From the NCBI GenBank assembly GCA_019358935.1, contig JAHHIK010000087.1, positions 1 through 36,521 on the forward strand: DNA of 36,521 nt, given 5' to 3'. Position numbers and translations under genes: made by a program. Below, one piece after another: positions 1-9,855 of this stretch (position 1 is its first letter; each line of letters opens with the position of its first letter). The notes below the pieces were generated by a model. The model worked only from the letters and a program-made list of their open reading frames with translations. It was not told the DNA's origin and did no database searches. Source of the DNA: Tolypothrix carrinoi HA7290-LM1. Its GTDB lineage: Bacteria > Cyanobacteriota > Cyanobacteriia > Cyanobacteriales > Nostocaceae.

Positions 1-1356
1 GGGGGAGGACAAGGGAGAAATTCCTGTTTGTCCCCCTTGTCCCCCTTGTCCCCCTTGTCCCCCTTGTCCCCCTTGTCCCCCTTGTCCCCCTTGTCTCCTT
101 ATCCCCTTGTCCTCTACTTGCGACAATCGAATTTCTATCGTTCCTTCGGGCGGTGTAAACTTGATGGCATTAGAAAGTAAGTTCCAGACAATTTGCTGCA
201 AGCGATTCTCATCCCCCATAACTTGCCCGACTGAGCCATTAAGTATAGATATCAGCTTTAGGGATTTGGCTTGAGCTGTCAACTGTACGGTATTGAGTGT
301 ATTTTCAATCACATTCGCCAAATCGACGGGTGACTTTTCCAGTTGCATTTTTCCTCGCATCAAGCGAGAGGTATCGAGAATATCGTTAATTAACTGGTTT
401 TGCTGATTTGCATTGCGGGCTATAATTTCCAAGCTGCGATTTTTGGTTTCTTCATCAAAGTCGCGAGTGCGTAGCAGTTGTGTCCAACCTAAAATGGCGT
501 TTAAAGGAGTGCGGAGTTCGTGGGATACGATCGCCAAAAACTCATCTTTCATTCGGTTTTCTTGCTCTAATTCCAACTCTCGCTGCTTGCGTTCGCTAAT
601 ATCTAACACTACCCCGCTCATCCGCGTAGGTTTTCCGGCTTTGTCGTAAAAAAACTTACCTTTCCCTGCAATCCAATGAATGCTGCCATCAGCCCAAATT
701 ACGCGATGTTCTTGGTTATAATCTGTTTTGGTTTCTAAAGCACGAGTGATAGATTGGGCAATTAGTTCTTTATCTTCTGGGTGAACGCAAGCGATAAATC
801 CCTCGTAAGTTCCCAAAAAGCTACCAGGAGGCAAACCAAATAATAGTTCGTGATTCTCAGACCAGAGAACTTCATTTGTCAGCATATTCCAGTCCCAGCT
901 ACCGAGTTTGGCTGAGTCTAGAGCTAATCGAAAGCGTTCCTCACTCAGTTGCAATTGTTCCAGAGTAAGTGCATATTCTTGACGTATTCGTTGCTTTTCC
1001 AGAGTTTCCCGCACAGCGATCGCCAAACGCCTAATCGGTCTACCCTTAAGGACATAATCACTCAATCCAGACTTCATCCCCTCTACAGCAACTTCTTCGC
1101 TACCGCTATCGGTAAACATAATTACTGGCATGTCTGGATACTTAGCTTTCACAGCATTCACAACTGTTAAACCATCAGTCCAGCGCAGTTGATAATCGGT
1201 AATAATTAAATCGAAACTGCATATTTCTAGCGCTTCGTCAAGACCCTTGGCATCAATAATTGAGGTAACTTCAACTTCGGAAAACTCGTGTTGCAGTTCC
1301 CGTGTTGCCAGAATGCGATCGTCTGGATTGTCATCAATCAGGAGAATACGTAGCAT
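1..1356 (-). CDS. Hybrid receiver-PAS-histidine kinase, 3' end beyond the window start
   Basis: Manual translation from ATG 1356: MLRILLIDDNPDD (REC), WDWNMLTNEVLWS...VHPED (PAS), FLAIVSHELRTPLNAILGW (HisKA), LQQIVWNLLSNAIKFTP (HATPase N-box). Frame is open to base 1, so it is absent from the ORF track. Confidence 0.9.
   Translation of the reverse strand, partial: MLRILLIDDNPDDRILATRELQHEFSEVEVTSIIDAKGLDEALEICSFDLIITDYQLRWTDGLTVVNAVKAKYPDMPVIMFTDSGSEEVAVEGMKSGLSDYVLKGRPIRRLAIAVRETLEKQRIRQEYALTLEQLQLSEERFRLALDSAKLGSWDWNMLTNEVLWSENHELLFGLPPGSFLGTYEGFIACVHPEDKELIAQSITRALETKTDYNQEHRVIWADGSIHWIAGKGKFFYDKAGKPTRMSGVVLDISERKQRELELEQENRMKDEFLAIVSHELRTPLNAILGWTQLLRTRDFDEETKNRSLEIIARNANQQNQLINDILDTSRLMRGKMQLEKSPVDLANVIENTLNTVQLTAQAKSLKLISILNGSVGQVMGDENRLQQIVWNLLSNAIKFTPPEGTIEIRLSQVEDKGIRRQGGQGGQGGQGGQGGQGGQGGQTGISPLSSP
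29..113. repeat. 9-bp tandem repeat (CCCCCTTGT)n encoding (GGQ)n inside the kinase ATPase domain
   Basis: Directly visible; in frame with the kinase ORF. Confidence 0.9.
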
Positions 1357-1554
1357 GGGGACGCAATGCGAGTTTGGATTAGATTATATGGCAGATACGG
1401 GTAATCAAGAGAAGTCAAAGAGCAGAGATTAACGGTTACTGGCTAGTACTGATGATAAATGCGATTTGGTAATTTCAACTGATGCGGAGGTCAGAAAATT
1501 CTTGGCTAGTGCTGACGAGTGGTGAGAATGCGCTCTTGAAAGAGCGATCGTCAA

Positions 1555-2004
1555 TTAAAACATGCGAATTTCTGGCTGCTCATTCAGTAGCAACCAATAC
1601 AAATTAAGCGTTTGTACTACTTCTACTAAAGCTGCAAGTCCAACAGGTTTGACTAAATAAGAATTAGCCCCTAAATCGTAAGCTTGATTAATATCCATGT
1701 TTTCTTTAGAAGAAGTCAACATAATCACAGGCAAACGCTTAATTTCTGGTTGTTGTCGCAGCCATGATAAGATTTCATGACCCGATCGCCTGGGTAATTT
1801 CAAGTCTAATAAGATTAGCACGGGTAAAGGATAACGATCGCGATCGCTATATTTACCTTCACCGCTAAGGTAAAAAACAGCACTATCTCCGTCACTGACG
1901 ATTTGCAATGAAGCATGAGCTAAATTCGCTTTACGGAAAGCGCGTTGGGTAAGAAGAATGTCGTTAGGGTCATCTTCTACTAGTAATATAGTGCGTGTGG
2001 ACAT
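1555..2004 (-). CDS. Single-domain response regulator (Rcp1-like receiver)
   Basis: ILLVEDD, LILLDLKLP, MLTSS, GANSYLVKP motifs. Confidence 0.92.
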   Translation of the reverse strand: MSTRTILLVEDDPNDILLTQRAFRKANLAHASLQIVSDGDSAVFYLSGEGKYSDRDRYPLPVLILLDLKLPRRSGHEILSWLRQQPEIKRLPVIMLTSSKENMDINQAYDLGANSYLVKPVGLAALVEVVQTLNLYWLLLNEQPEIRMF

Positions 2005-2069
2005 TTGTTGTATTTTTTATTAATGGTGGTCAGATTCGGTGACTTCTTAAAGAAGTCGGGAATCTTGCA

Positions 2070-4059
2070 TCAAGTTTCCTTTTCAAAGTCCCCATTTCTT
2101 AATTCAATCCAAAAACGGCTTCCTTGTCGAAGTTGCGATTCTACTCCTACACATCCTCCCATGCGATCGATACCTTTACGAACGATCGCTAACCCAATTC
2201 CCGTACCAGGATAAGTTTCCATTCCATGCAAACGCTCAAAAACCCGAAAAATTCGTTTTTGGTGTTCTCTGGCTATGCCAATACCATTATCTTCCACCCA
2301 CAGGCGCACACATTCGCCGTGTATTTCTGCCCAAACTTTGATTTGTGGTGACACACCCTCATCAACAAATTTCATTGCATTTGTGAGCAAATTGGTGATA
2401 ACTTGAACTAAAGTTGGGCGATGAGCGATCGCTTTCGGTAACGGTGATTGTATATTTACCTGCGCTTGAGTTTGCTCTATCTCCGCTTCTAATTGGGTCA
2501 TTGCCTCTGACATAATAGTTGTTAAATCAATCACCTTTAATTCCAAGTCAGAGCGACTGAGACGGCTGTAAGCAAGTAAGTCTTGTATCAAATTTTCTAA
2601 GCGCTGTGCCGAAGTAACAATGCGTGTAGCGTACTCTTTGCCAAGTTCATCTAAAATATCTTCATAGTCTTCAAGCATTGCTTCCGCAAATCCCTGCATT
2701 GCTCGCAACGGGGCGCGGAGGTCATGAGAAACTGAATAGGCAAAGGCTTGTAATTCTTCGTTGGCTTCTTCTAGTTGGGTAGTACGCTCTAATACCCGCT
2801 GTTCTAAAGTTTCGTTTAATTGTTTGAAGAAAGGCAGAGGGCAGGAGGCAGCTATGCTGAAGGAGCAATCGGATGGGGATTCAAACCCCAACCGATTGAA
2901 TCCACCGTGTAGACGGTGGGGTTTTATACCCAGTTGGCTCCAGCCAGAAGGCGGAATCAAAGACATAATTTATACCTTCTGCCCTCTGCCCTCTGCCTTC
3001 TGCCTTCCGCCGAAGGCGGATAATTTCAGCTTCCGTTTGCTTGCGTTCAGTAATATCACTGACCACCCCTACCATGCGGATCGGGTTGCCTGACACATCA
3101 CGCTGGAATCTGCCAAATGCTGTCACCCAATGCAAACTATTATCGGAACAAACAACACGATACTCAGCGTGGAAATCTTACTGATTTTTCACGGATGCTT
3201 GCACAAGCGCTTCAACTTTTGGCAAATCTTCAGGATGAACGCGGTCTGCCCATTCTTTGTAGCTGCGGTTGGGCTTACCTGGCTCGTAACCAAAGATAAT
3301 TTCGTGATAAATTGTCCATAATATCTCATTGGTAACAAGATTCCAATCCCAAGAACCCATTTTACCCGCATCCAATGCTAAGATTAACCGCTCGTTATTT
3401 TCACGCAGTTTTTCTTCTTCTTGTTTGCTTTGTCGATGGTTCAGCCTAAATAAATAGTAGACTAAAGCTAGCAGTGCCAAATTTATGACGGCAGCAATGA
3501 AAAATGTGAGTAAAGTTTCTTGCAGCTTTGCTTGTGATTCTTGAGTGCGTTGCTGCAAGAGTTGATTTTCGATATTCTCCATATCAGCGATGTCAGCGCG
3601 AATATTATCCATGATTTGCTTGCCGCGATCGCTTTTCACAAGCTGCTGTGCTGCATCAAAACCTTTTTCTCGACGTAATTTGACGGTTTGTGCAAGTTCA
3701 GTTAATTTGAGAGCGATCGCATTCTCTAAAGCAAAGACACGTTGTTGCTGATTGGGATTATCTGCCGTCAGTTGTTTGAGAGAATTGATTTGGCGATCAA
3801 TTTTGTCAACAGCACTTTCATAAGGTTGCAGATACCGTTCTTCTCCCGTAATCAAATAACCGCGTTGTCCGGTTTCCGCATCTTTTAAAGTTGAGAGAGT
3901 CGCTTCTAACTCAGTTAAAACCTTTTGGGTATGAGTCACCAACCGCTGATTTGAAATCAGCTTCAAGGTATTGCGATATGATACCACAGTATTGGCAACT
4001 AACAGCGCCAGCGCTAACCCCAGCCCGATTGTAATTTGTTGTGAGTGCGATCGTTTCAT
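2070..4059 (-). pseudogene. CHASE3-PAS sensor histidine kinase, disrupted by an in-frame TAA (3178-3180) and a 193-bp insertion (~2826-3020)
   Basis: DAETGQRGYLITG (CHASE3); PAS reads on in frame past the TAA (DFHAEYRVV...SDITERKQ); SHDLRAPLR and GTGIGLAIV in the distal ORF; removing the insertion restores EAEIIKQLNETLEQRV. Confidence 0.85.
2826..3020. mobile_element. Small repeat/MITE-like insertion with inverted (GGCAGAG)/(CTGCCCT) heptamer ends
   Basis: AAGGCAGAGGGCAG near 2831 is inverted to CTGCCCTCTGCCTT near 2986-2999; possible GA duplication at the junctions; causes a frameshift. Confidence 0.7.
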
Positions 4060-4083
4060 AATTGTTGGGGGTTAGTGGGAGCG

Positions 4084-4418
4084 TTGTTAGTTGTTAGTTG
4101 TTAGTTAGTTGTTAGTGGGCATTGGGCAATGGGCATTGGGCATTGGGAATTGGGAATGGGTAATGGGTAATGGGTAATAATTCTTTTTCCAGTCGCCATG
4201 ACGCGGCTATGCTTCAAGTCGGCATCCCCGACGGCAGGTGCTACAATGGGGGGAAAATACGCAACGCACTGCCTCCCCAACGCACTGGCTCCCCCATGCC
4301 CCATGCCCCATGCCCCATGCCCCACTATCCACGCTCCCACTATCCACTATCCACGCTCCCACTAACCACTATCCACGCTCCCACGTTCCTACTAACTCCT
4401 AACTCCTAACTCCTAACT
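4084..4418. repeat. STRR heptamer arrays (TTAGTTG, GGGCATT, CCCATGC, CTCCTAA) around a GC-rich palindromic core
   Basis: Directly visible; core is related to the units at 27781-27964. Confidence 0.85.
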
Positions 4419-5615
4419 CTTCCCCCGCTGTGCCCAAATACGTGTTGGTAGTCCCCAAACGTAAATAAAGCCTTCGGCTGCTTTATGATCGAATTTATCT
4501 TCGGCTCCGTAGGTTGCTAAATCTGGTGTGTAAAGGGTATTTTCAGAAGTACGTCCAACTATGGTGGCGTTACCTTTAAACAGTTTTACTCGCACAGTTC
4601 CGGAAACTCGCTCTTGAGTTTTTTGAATAAACGCATCCAATGCAGCTTTGAGTGGACTGTACCACAAACCGTTGTAAACCATTTGGGTATAAGTTTCTTC
4701 AATACCACGTTTGTAGTGGGTAATATCTGCGGTTAAAGTCAAGCTTTCTAAATCTCGGTGTGCTTGAATTAATACTAACATTGCGGGTGATTCGTAGATT
4801 TCCCGCGATTTAATGCCTACCAAGCGGTTTTCTATCATATCAATCCGCCCGATACCGTGGTTGCCGGCTGCATTGTTGAGTTGTTCAATTAGCGCAACTG
4901 GGTTTTTAGCTTCACCGTTGAGGGTGGTTGGAATGCCTTGAGTGAAACCGATTTCAATGTATTCTGGTTCGTTGGGGGTGTTGGCGATCGCTTTCGTCAT
5001 TTCATAAATTTCTTCTGGTGGTTCAACTGCCGGATCTTCCAGAACACCAGCTTCTATGCTGCGACCGAGCAAATTTTTATCAATACTGTAGGGGGATTTC
5101 TTTTTCACTTGTGAAGAAATACCAAACCGTTCACCATAAGCGATGGTTTCTTCACGACTCATTCCCCATTCCCGCGCTGGTGCAAGTATCTTCAGATTTG
5201 GGTTCAGTGCAGCACAGGATACATCAAAGCGTACTTGATCGTTACCTTTACCGGTGCAACCGTGAGCGATCGCATCTGCACCGTATTTTTCTGCGGCTTC
5301 TACTAATATCTTAGCAATCAACGGACGCGCAAGCGCAGTTCCTAAAGGATAGCGATTTTCATAAAGAGCGTTTGCTTGAATCGCTCCAAAGGCGTAATCT
5401 TTAACAAATCTATCTTTGACATCCGCTACCAGAGATTCACTTGCACCCGATTTTAAAGCTTTTTCTCGAACTGGCTCTAATTCATCTCCCTGACCTAAAT
5501 CTGCTGCTAGCGTAATCACTTCTTCCACACCCCACTCATGCATGAGGTAGGGGATGCAAACTGAGGTATCGACTCCACCAGAATATGCCAGAACAACCTT
5601 TTTAGCGCGACCCAT
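4413..5615 (-). CDS. argG: Argininosuccinate synthase
   Basis: [40 protein letters not shown]. Confidence 0.98.
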   Translation of the reverse strand: MGRAKKVVLAYSGGVDTSVCIPYLMHEWGVEEVITLAADLGQGDELEPVREKALKSGASESLVADVKDRFVKDYAFGAIQANALYENRYPLGTALARPLIAKILVEAAEKYGADAIAHGCTGKGNDQVRFDVSCAALNPNLKILAPAREWGMSREETIAYGERFGISSQVKKKSPYSIDKNLLGRSIEAGVLEDPAVEPPEEIYEMTKAIANTPNEPEYIEIGFTQGIPTTLNGEAKNPVALIEQLNNAAGNHGIGRIDMIENRLVGIKSREIYESPAMLVLIQAHRDLESLTLTADITHYKRGIEETYTQMVYNGLWYSPLKAALDAFIQKTQERVSGTVRVKLFKGNATIVGRTSENTLYTPDLATYGAEDKFDHKAAEGFIYVWGLPTRIWAQRGKS

Positions 5616-5902
5616 TCAAAACTCCTGATAGCAAAACGAAATAATGAGTCAATATTATCTAACTAATTTGCTCTTCAAAATATACTTATTTCATGACATT
5701 GAAAATCGCAAAGCTTAGAACCCCGCTTTCTTGGAGAAACCGGGGTTCTTGGAGAAACCGGGGTTGTTGTTCAGAATAAGTAATAGTACTTGGATTTTAC
5801 TAAAAATAAATCATAAGTATATTTAATTTAGACATTCTCTTCATCAAAGTTTACCTGTTAAGATTATTACTCAGTATATGTTAATCTAAACTCAGGTAAA
5901 TT

Positions 5903-6583
5903 ATGCTTCGTTCACGTATCGCATGGCTTATTCCAGTAGCTTTAACATTAGTTGGTTTGGGGTCAAATGTAAAAAGCGCTATAGCCCAAACTACTACTAA
6001 CTTTGATGTAACATACAAGACATTATTTTCGCTTCAACCCAGAACGGACTTAGGTGAAGGTATGTTCAGAGCAACCATCACAGGTGAGAGTAAAGACGCT
6101 CTTTACGGGTTGACAAACTTTGAAAGTAATACATATGGAAAATTAGTAGAAGCTACTGACACTACCCAAAAGTTTCAATTTAACGCAGATCCAGCCGCGT
6201 TTGGCTTAAAAAACCAAACTATATTAGGAGACGTGTATTTTAACGCTGGCAATAATCCTAATAAAGTGTTTGGAACAGCGAACGACATGGCTACAATTAA
6301 CTTTGCGAACAACACAGTCATGGGTGGTGGAACCATAACTTTAACTGGGGGAGCCGGCATATTTGAGAAAGCTAGCGGCAAAATAACCTTTACCCAGCAA
6401 GACAAACTCGATCCTACTGCACCTCCAGGAACTCCTGTTGTAGGTGAGGCAACGTTGAAATTCTTTGTACACACTCCTAAAAAAGTTCCGGAACCAACAG
6501 CCACTACAACCTTAGTCGGTATAGGTGTTATTGGTACAGGTTTACTGCTGCGTCGGCACCGCAATAAAAATACATTCGGTTAA
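5903..6583 (+). CDS. PEP-CTERM sorting-domain exported protein
   Basis: N-terminal signal peptide; C-terminal VPEPT + transmembrane segment + RRHRNK. Confidence 0.88.
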   Translation: MLRSRIAWLIPVALTLVGLGSNVKSAIAQTTTNFDVTYKTLFSLQPRTDLGEGMFRATITGESKDALYGLTNFESNTYGKLVEATDTTQKFQFNADPAAFGLKNQTILGDVYFNAGNNPNKVFGTANDMATINFANNTVMGGGTITLTGGAGIFEKASGKITFTQQDKLDPTAPPGTPVVGEATLKFFVHTPKKVPEPTATTTLVGIGVIGTGLLLRRHRNKNTFG

Positions 6584-6639
6584 TACTCGTCACCCAAGTC
6601 GTTTAAAGACGACTAATAAATGATTTGAGTCTACTAAAG

Positions 6640-6760
6640 TAGTAGTCTGTCAATAAATAGTTGATGGATACACCCAGAACTTACGCATTGACAAATAAGA
6701 CAATAAATGGATTAGGAAAAACCAGAAAAGAATACGCGATCGCTAGTCCGCAGGTGACTT
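6640..6760. mobile_element. IS/MITE end remnants
   Basis: TAGTAGTCTGTCAA... is repeated at 8416; GAACTTACGCA resembles the GGACTTACGCA ends at 17543 and 20677. Confidence 0.5.
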
Positions 6761-6973
6761 GCGGCTTCTGGCACAGGGGTATGTCCGTAGACTACCATCG
6801 CTTCACCCCGATACTCTCCTGCCGCGACCGAAAGGGAGCAAGGATTTAAGCACGGAGCCAACCAAATTAAAAATTTGGTGGCTCTCCCTATTCTGGGGTC
6901 TGAATCCTATAAGTGAATAAAACATAAGTGCCTCCTGCCTCCTTCAACAATCAAAGCCAGTGCTTTCAAAATA

Positions 6974-7136
6974 AAGAGCAAACTCCCGCACAGCACCAGA
7001 CCCCCGTCCTTATGGGAACCAAACTGGCGTAACTAACTCCGTAGCGATGCCTACGGAGTTAGTTACGTTGGTGGCATAATTCTTCTGGTAGGTCGAGGAC
7101 GATGGCGATCGCAAAGCAGCGATACTACCGTGCCAT
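6974..7136 (-). pseudogene. Eroded remnant of bacterial polynucleotide kinase-phosphatase (Pnkp)
   Basis: MAR*YRCFAIAIVLDLPEELCHQRN (7136-7062), RQFGSH (7029-7012) and AVREFAL (6994-6974) resemble Pnkp kinase-domain and C-terminal motifs, from recall. Confidence 0.55.
7028..7067. repeat. Perfect 17-bp-stem hairpin
   Basis: CGTAACTAACTCCGTAG-CGATGC-CTACGGAGTTAGTTACG. Confidence 0.85.
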
Positions 7137-7897
7137 TAATCTGCACTCAAAAGTTTGGCAATAAACTTGCTGTACTCATCCTTCATTGGCAAGTCCAAAT
7201 CTTGCCTGACGCGGCGCCGTAGTGCTGGGACAGTTTCACCGCTGATTGGGTTAAATCCCTGCTTTTGGTATTCTTCCCAATACAGCCCCACACCTCGTTT
7301 TTGCCAATTGGGCAGATGATTAAAATTAATCCCATGCTGGAATAATAGTTCGTTTTTATCGGCAACAGATAACCCTTTCATCATGCTGGTTGCTTGAGTT
7401 ACACTTTTGCCATCTCGACGCAGACACCAGTAACAATGAGCATTGAGAGCATTTCTGTGGGCATCCTGACTGCGCCAACGAAAATAATTTACTACTTCTT
7501 CTATATTAGGGAGCTGCGAAATGCGACAGTCAAAGCAGCCAATAGCACCTAATAATAAAGAAAATTTGGCGCTGGCTTCACCTGCTAAAACCGAATTGAG
7601 TTTTCTTAGTTTGCGGTTGAAAGTGTTTTCTTGTTGAGCAAACAGTAGAGAGATTTCATCACTTTGGGTATAAGCATAAGTGATATCTAACCCGCAATTG
7701 AGCAAATGTTCGACAGTTGCAAGCATCAAGTCTCGAAAGCGAGTATCGTAGGGAGCCTCAAATTGATGCACTTCTTTTGTCAGGCGAGTAAAGCTGCGTC
7801 CATCTAATCTTGCAACTATGTAAAGTCCAGGTAGCACACAATGATCGTGTGCTGTCTCAAACACCCGCATTTTGCTATCAAGTTCATCAAATTTCAC
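7136..7897 (-). CDS. Thg1-like protein (tRNA-His guanylyltransferase family, 3'-5' polymerase)
   Basis: IVARLDGRSF, YTQSDEISLL, FDCRI, YFRWRSQDAHRNALN; probable start GTG 7897 (MKFDELDSKMR) rather than TTG 7915. Confidence 0.92.
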   Translation of the reverse strand: MKFDELDSKMRVFETAHDHCVLPGLYIVARLDGRSFTRLTKEVHQFEAPYDTRFRDLMLATVEHLLNCGLDITYAYTQSDEISLLFAQQENTFNRKLRKLNSVLAGEASAKFSLLLGAIGCFDCRISQLPNIEEVVNYFRWRSQDAHRNALNAHCYWCLRRDGKSVTQATSMMKGLSVADKNELLFQHGINFNHLPNWQKRGVGLYWEEYQKQGFNPISGETVPALRRRVRQDLDLPMKDEYSKFIAKLLSAD

Positions 7898-8336
7898 GGT
7901 TCCATTCCTCAACAACGAATGAATTATTTAAGTGATTTTTAACCGAGTAAAGTGCATCAAACTCTTCGCTCCAACTCGGTAAATCCAGCTTTTTATACGT
8001 TGCTAACAATCCAACCAAAGGCACGATTTCTTCAGGAAGTCTCTGGCTATTTCGTTGCTTGCAGTCTTCCAGTTTTGACTGAAAGTAGTAACCCACAACC
8101 CGGAAACCTTTCGCTTTGGCTGGAGTAATATAGCGTTTTCTTTCCTCCACAGTTGGGTTAGTATTGTCCACAACGAAACGCTGTTTAGTTTCTAAACAAG
8201 CTTGGAGAAAAATTTGCTCTCGATGACGGGTTTTGAGCATATCAAGGTTAATGCGGATGTGAGTATTAAAGAAGCGATCGCGATAAAAAGTAGACTTACC
8301 TGCTCCCTGGATTCCTATAAAAATAATTGCTTCCAT
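7887..8336 (-). CDS. Small P-loop kinase (AAA_33 / polynucleotide-kinase-like)
   Basis: GIQGAGKST Walker A, VVDNTNPT motif; overlaps the Thg1-like gene start. Confidence 0.85.
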   Translation of the reverse strand: MEAIIFIGIQGAGKSTFYRDRFFNTHIRINLDMLKTRHREQIFLQACLETKQRFVVDNTNPTVEERKRYITPAKAKGFRVVGYYFQSKLEDCKQRNSQRLPEEIVPLVGLLATYKKLDLPSWSEEFDALYSVKNHLNNSFVVEEWNREI

Positions 8337-8350
8337 GATCGATGATGAAA

Positions 8351-8416
8351 TTAGGAGTTATGGCTAAACACCGCCATTTGTGTAGGTGAGCCGACTTCTG
8401 GATCTTCCGTCCCTAT
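8351..8416 (-). pseudogene. hen1: 3' remnant of bacterial Hen1 RNA 2'-O-methyltransferase
   Basis: IGTEDPEVGSPTQMAVFSHNS* matches the recalled Hen1 C-terminal GSPTQMxVF motif; cut exactly at the repeat starting at 8416. Confidence 0.7.
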
Positions 8417-8652
8417 AGTAGTCTGTCAAGAAAGAATTGAGGGATAAACCCGCTTCAATTTGATTCGTGCATCTATGGAAACTGCCTGTGCAGGTGAACT
8501 AGCGGGGGTTTTAGAAGATATGGGTAACTTTAGTCGTCGGGTAACGAGTGCTATTAATTATCTGTTATGGGGTCCAGTTAAAAATCAAAACTTGAATAAG
8601 GAACAGTCTCAGAGCCGCTGATGTCCTATCTTGGAGATGGATACATAGTGTT

Positions 8653-9630
8653 GTGGGTTTAGTTGTGTTTTTTAGCGTTGTTATTCCAACTTACAATCGC
8701 CAGCCGATTTTAGAAAAGTGCCTCAAAGCCTTAGAAGTGCAGAAACTGAGTCATGTAGAGACGCGACATGTCGCGTCTGTACAAGGTTACGAAGTTGTCT
8801 TAGTGGATGATGGTTCTACTGATGGTACATTGTCATGGTTGGAAGCAAACCAAAGCGAGTTTCCTCATGTGCGAGTTTTTCAACAAAACCACGCTGGACC
8901 TGCTGCTGCTCGCAATTTAGGAGTAGAAAAGGCAAAAGGTGACATAATTATTTTTATTGATAGTGATTTAGTAGTACTTGAGAATTTTTTGCAAGCTCAT
9001 GAGGCTGCATTGATAGAGGGACGAGAGAAATTAGGAAGCGATCGCTTCTTTACCTACGGTGCAGTAATTAACACATGCAATTTCGACAACCCCACCGCCG
9101 AACCTTATAAAATCACCGATTTTTCCGCTGCCTTTTTTGCTACAGGTAATGTCGCTATTCCCAAACATTGGTTAGAAAAATCTGGACTATTTGACACTCG
9201 CTTTCAACTTTATGGCTGGGAAGATTTAGAACTAGGCGTAAGACTCAAAGAACTCGGTTTAAAACTGATTAAATGTCCAGAAGCAGTCGGTTATCATTGG
9301 CATCCACCGTTTAACTTAGAGCAAATTCCCCGTTTAATTGACAGAGAAATTCAACGCGGACGCATGGGAGTTTTATTTTATCAAAAGCATCCAACCTGGG
9401 AAGTACGAATGATGATTCAAATGACATGGTTGCATCGCTTACTTTGGGGAATTCTCTCACTCAACGGCACACTTAACGAACGCACAATGGCGCCCTTTTT
9501 GCGCTGGCTAATTAATTTAGGTAAACCTCAATTAGCATTAGAAATAGCTCGAATTTTTCTCAATTGGTATAACGTCAAAGGAGTTTATGCAGCTTACGGC
9601 GAACTTCAGCACGAAAATGTTAGTGGTTAG
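8653..9630 (+). CDS. Glycosyltransferase family 2
   Basis: SVVIPTYNR, VDDGSTDGT, FIDSD, GWEDLELG; exact start uncertain. Confidence 0.92.
   Translation: MGLVVFFSVVIPTYNRQPILEKCLKALEVQKLSHVETRHVASVQGYEVVLVDDGSTDGTLSWLEANQSEFPHVRVFQQNHAGPAAARNLGVEKAKGDIIIFIDSDLVVLENFLQAHEAALIEGREKLGSDRFFTYGAVINTCNFDNPTAEPYKITDFSAAFFATGNVAIPKHWLEKSGLFDTRFQLYGWEDLELGVRLKELGLKLIKCPEAVGYHWHPPFNLEQIPRLIDREIQRGRMGVLFYQKHPTWEVRMMIQMTWLHRLLWGILSLNGTLNERTMAPFLRWLINLGKPQLALEIARIFLNWYNVKGVYAAYGELQHENVSG
8754..8783. repeat. 30-bp palindromic small dispersed repeat, in frame in the GT2 gene (VETRHVASVQ)
   Basis: TGTAGAGACGCGACATGTCGCGTCTGTACA is a near-perfect palindrome. Confidence 0.75.
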
Positions 9631-9855
9631 TGGATAGTGGATAGTGGATAGTGGATAGTGGATAGTGGATAGTGGTTATTGGATAGTAAATAGTAGTTAA
9701 CTGTCAACAAACAACCATCAACCAACAACCATCAACAAACAACCATCAACAAACAACCATCAACTATCAACTATCAACAAACAACCATCAACTATCAACA
9801 AACAACCATCAACCATCAACCAACAACTATCAACTATCAACTATCAACTAACAAC
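9621..9855. repeat. STRR arrays (GTGGATA)n and (CAACCAT/CAACTAT)n between convergent genes
   Basis: Directly visible. Confidence 0.9.

Noticed and set aside
7136..7897. Functional link between the Thg1-like protein and the extra 5' G of the Y-like RNAs
   Set aside because: The G is genomically encoded, the loci are ~23 kb apart, and the ends are not tRNA-His-like; co-location may be chance
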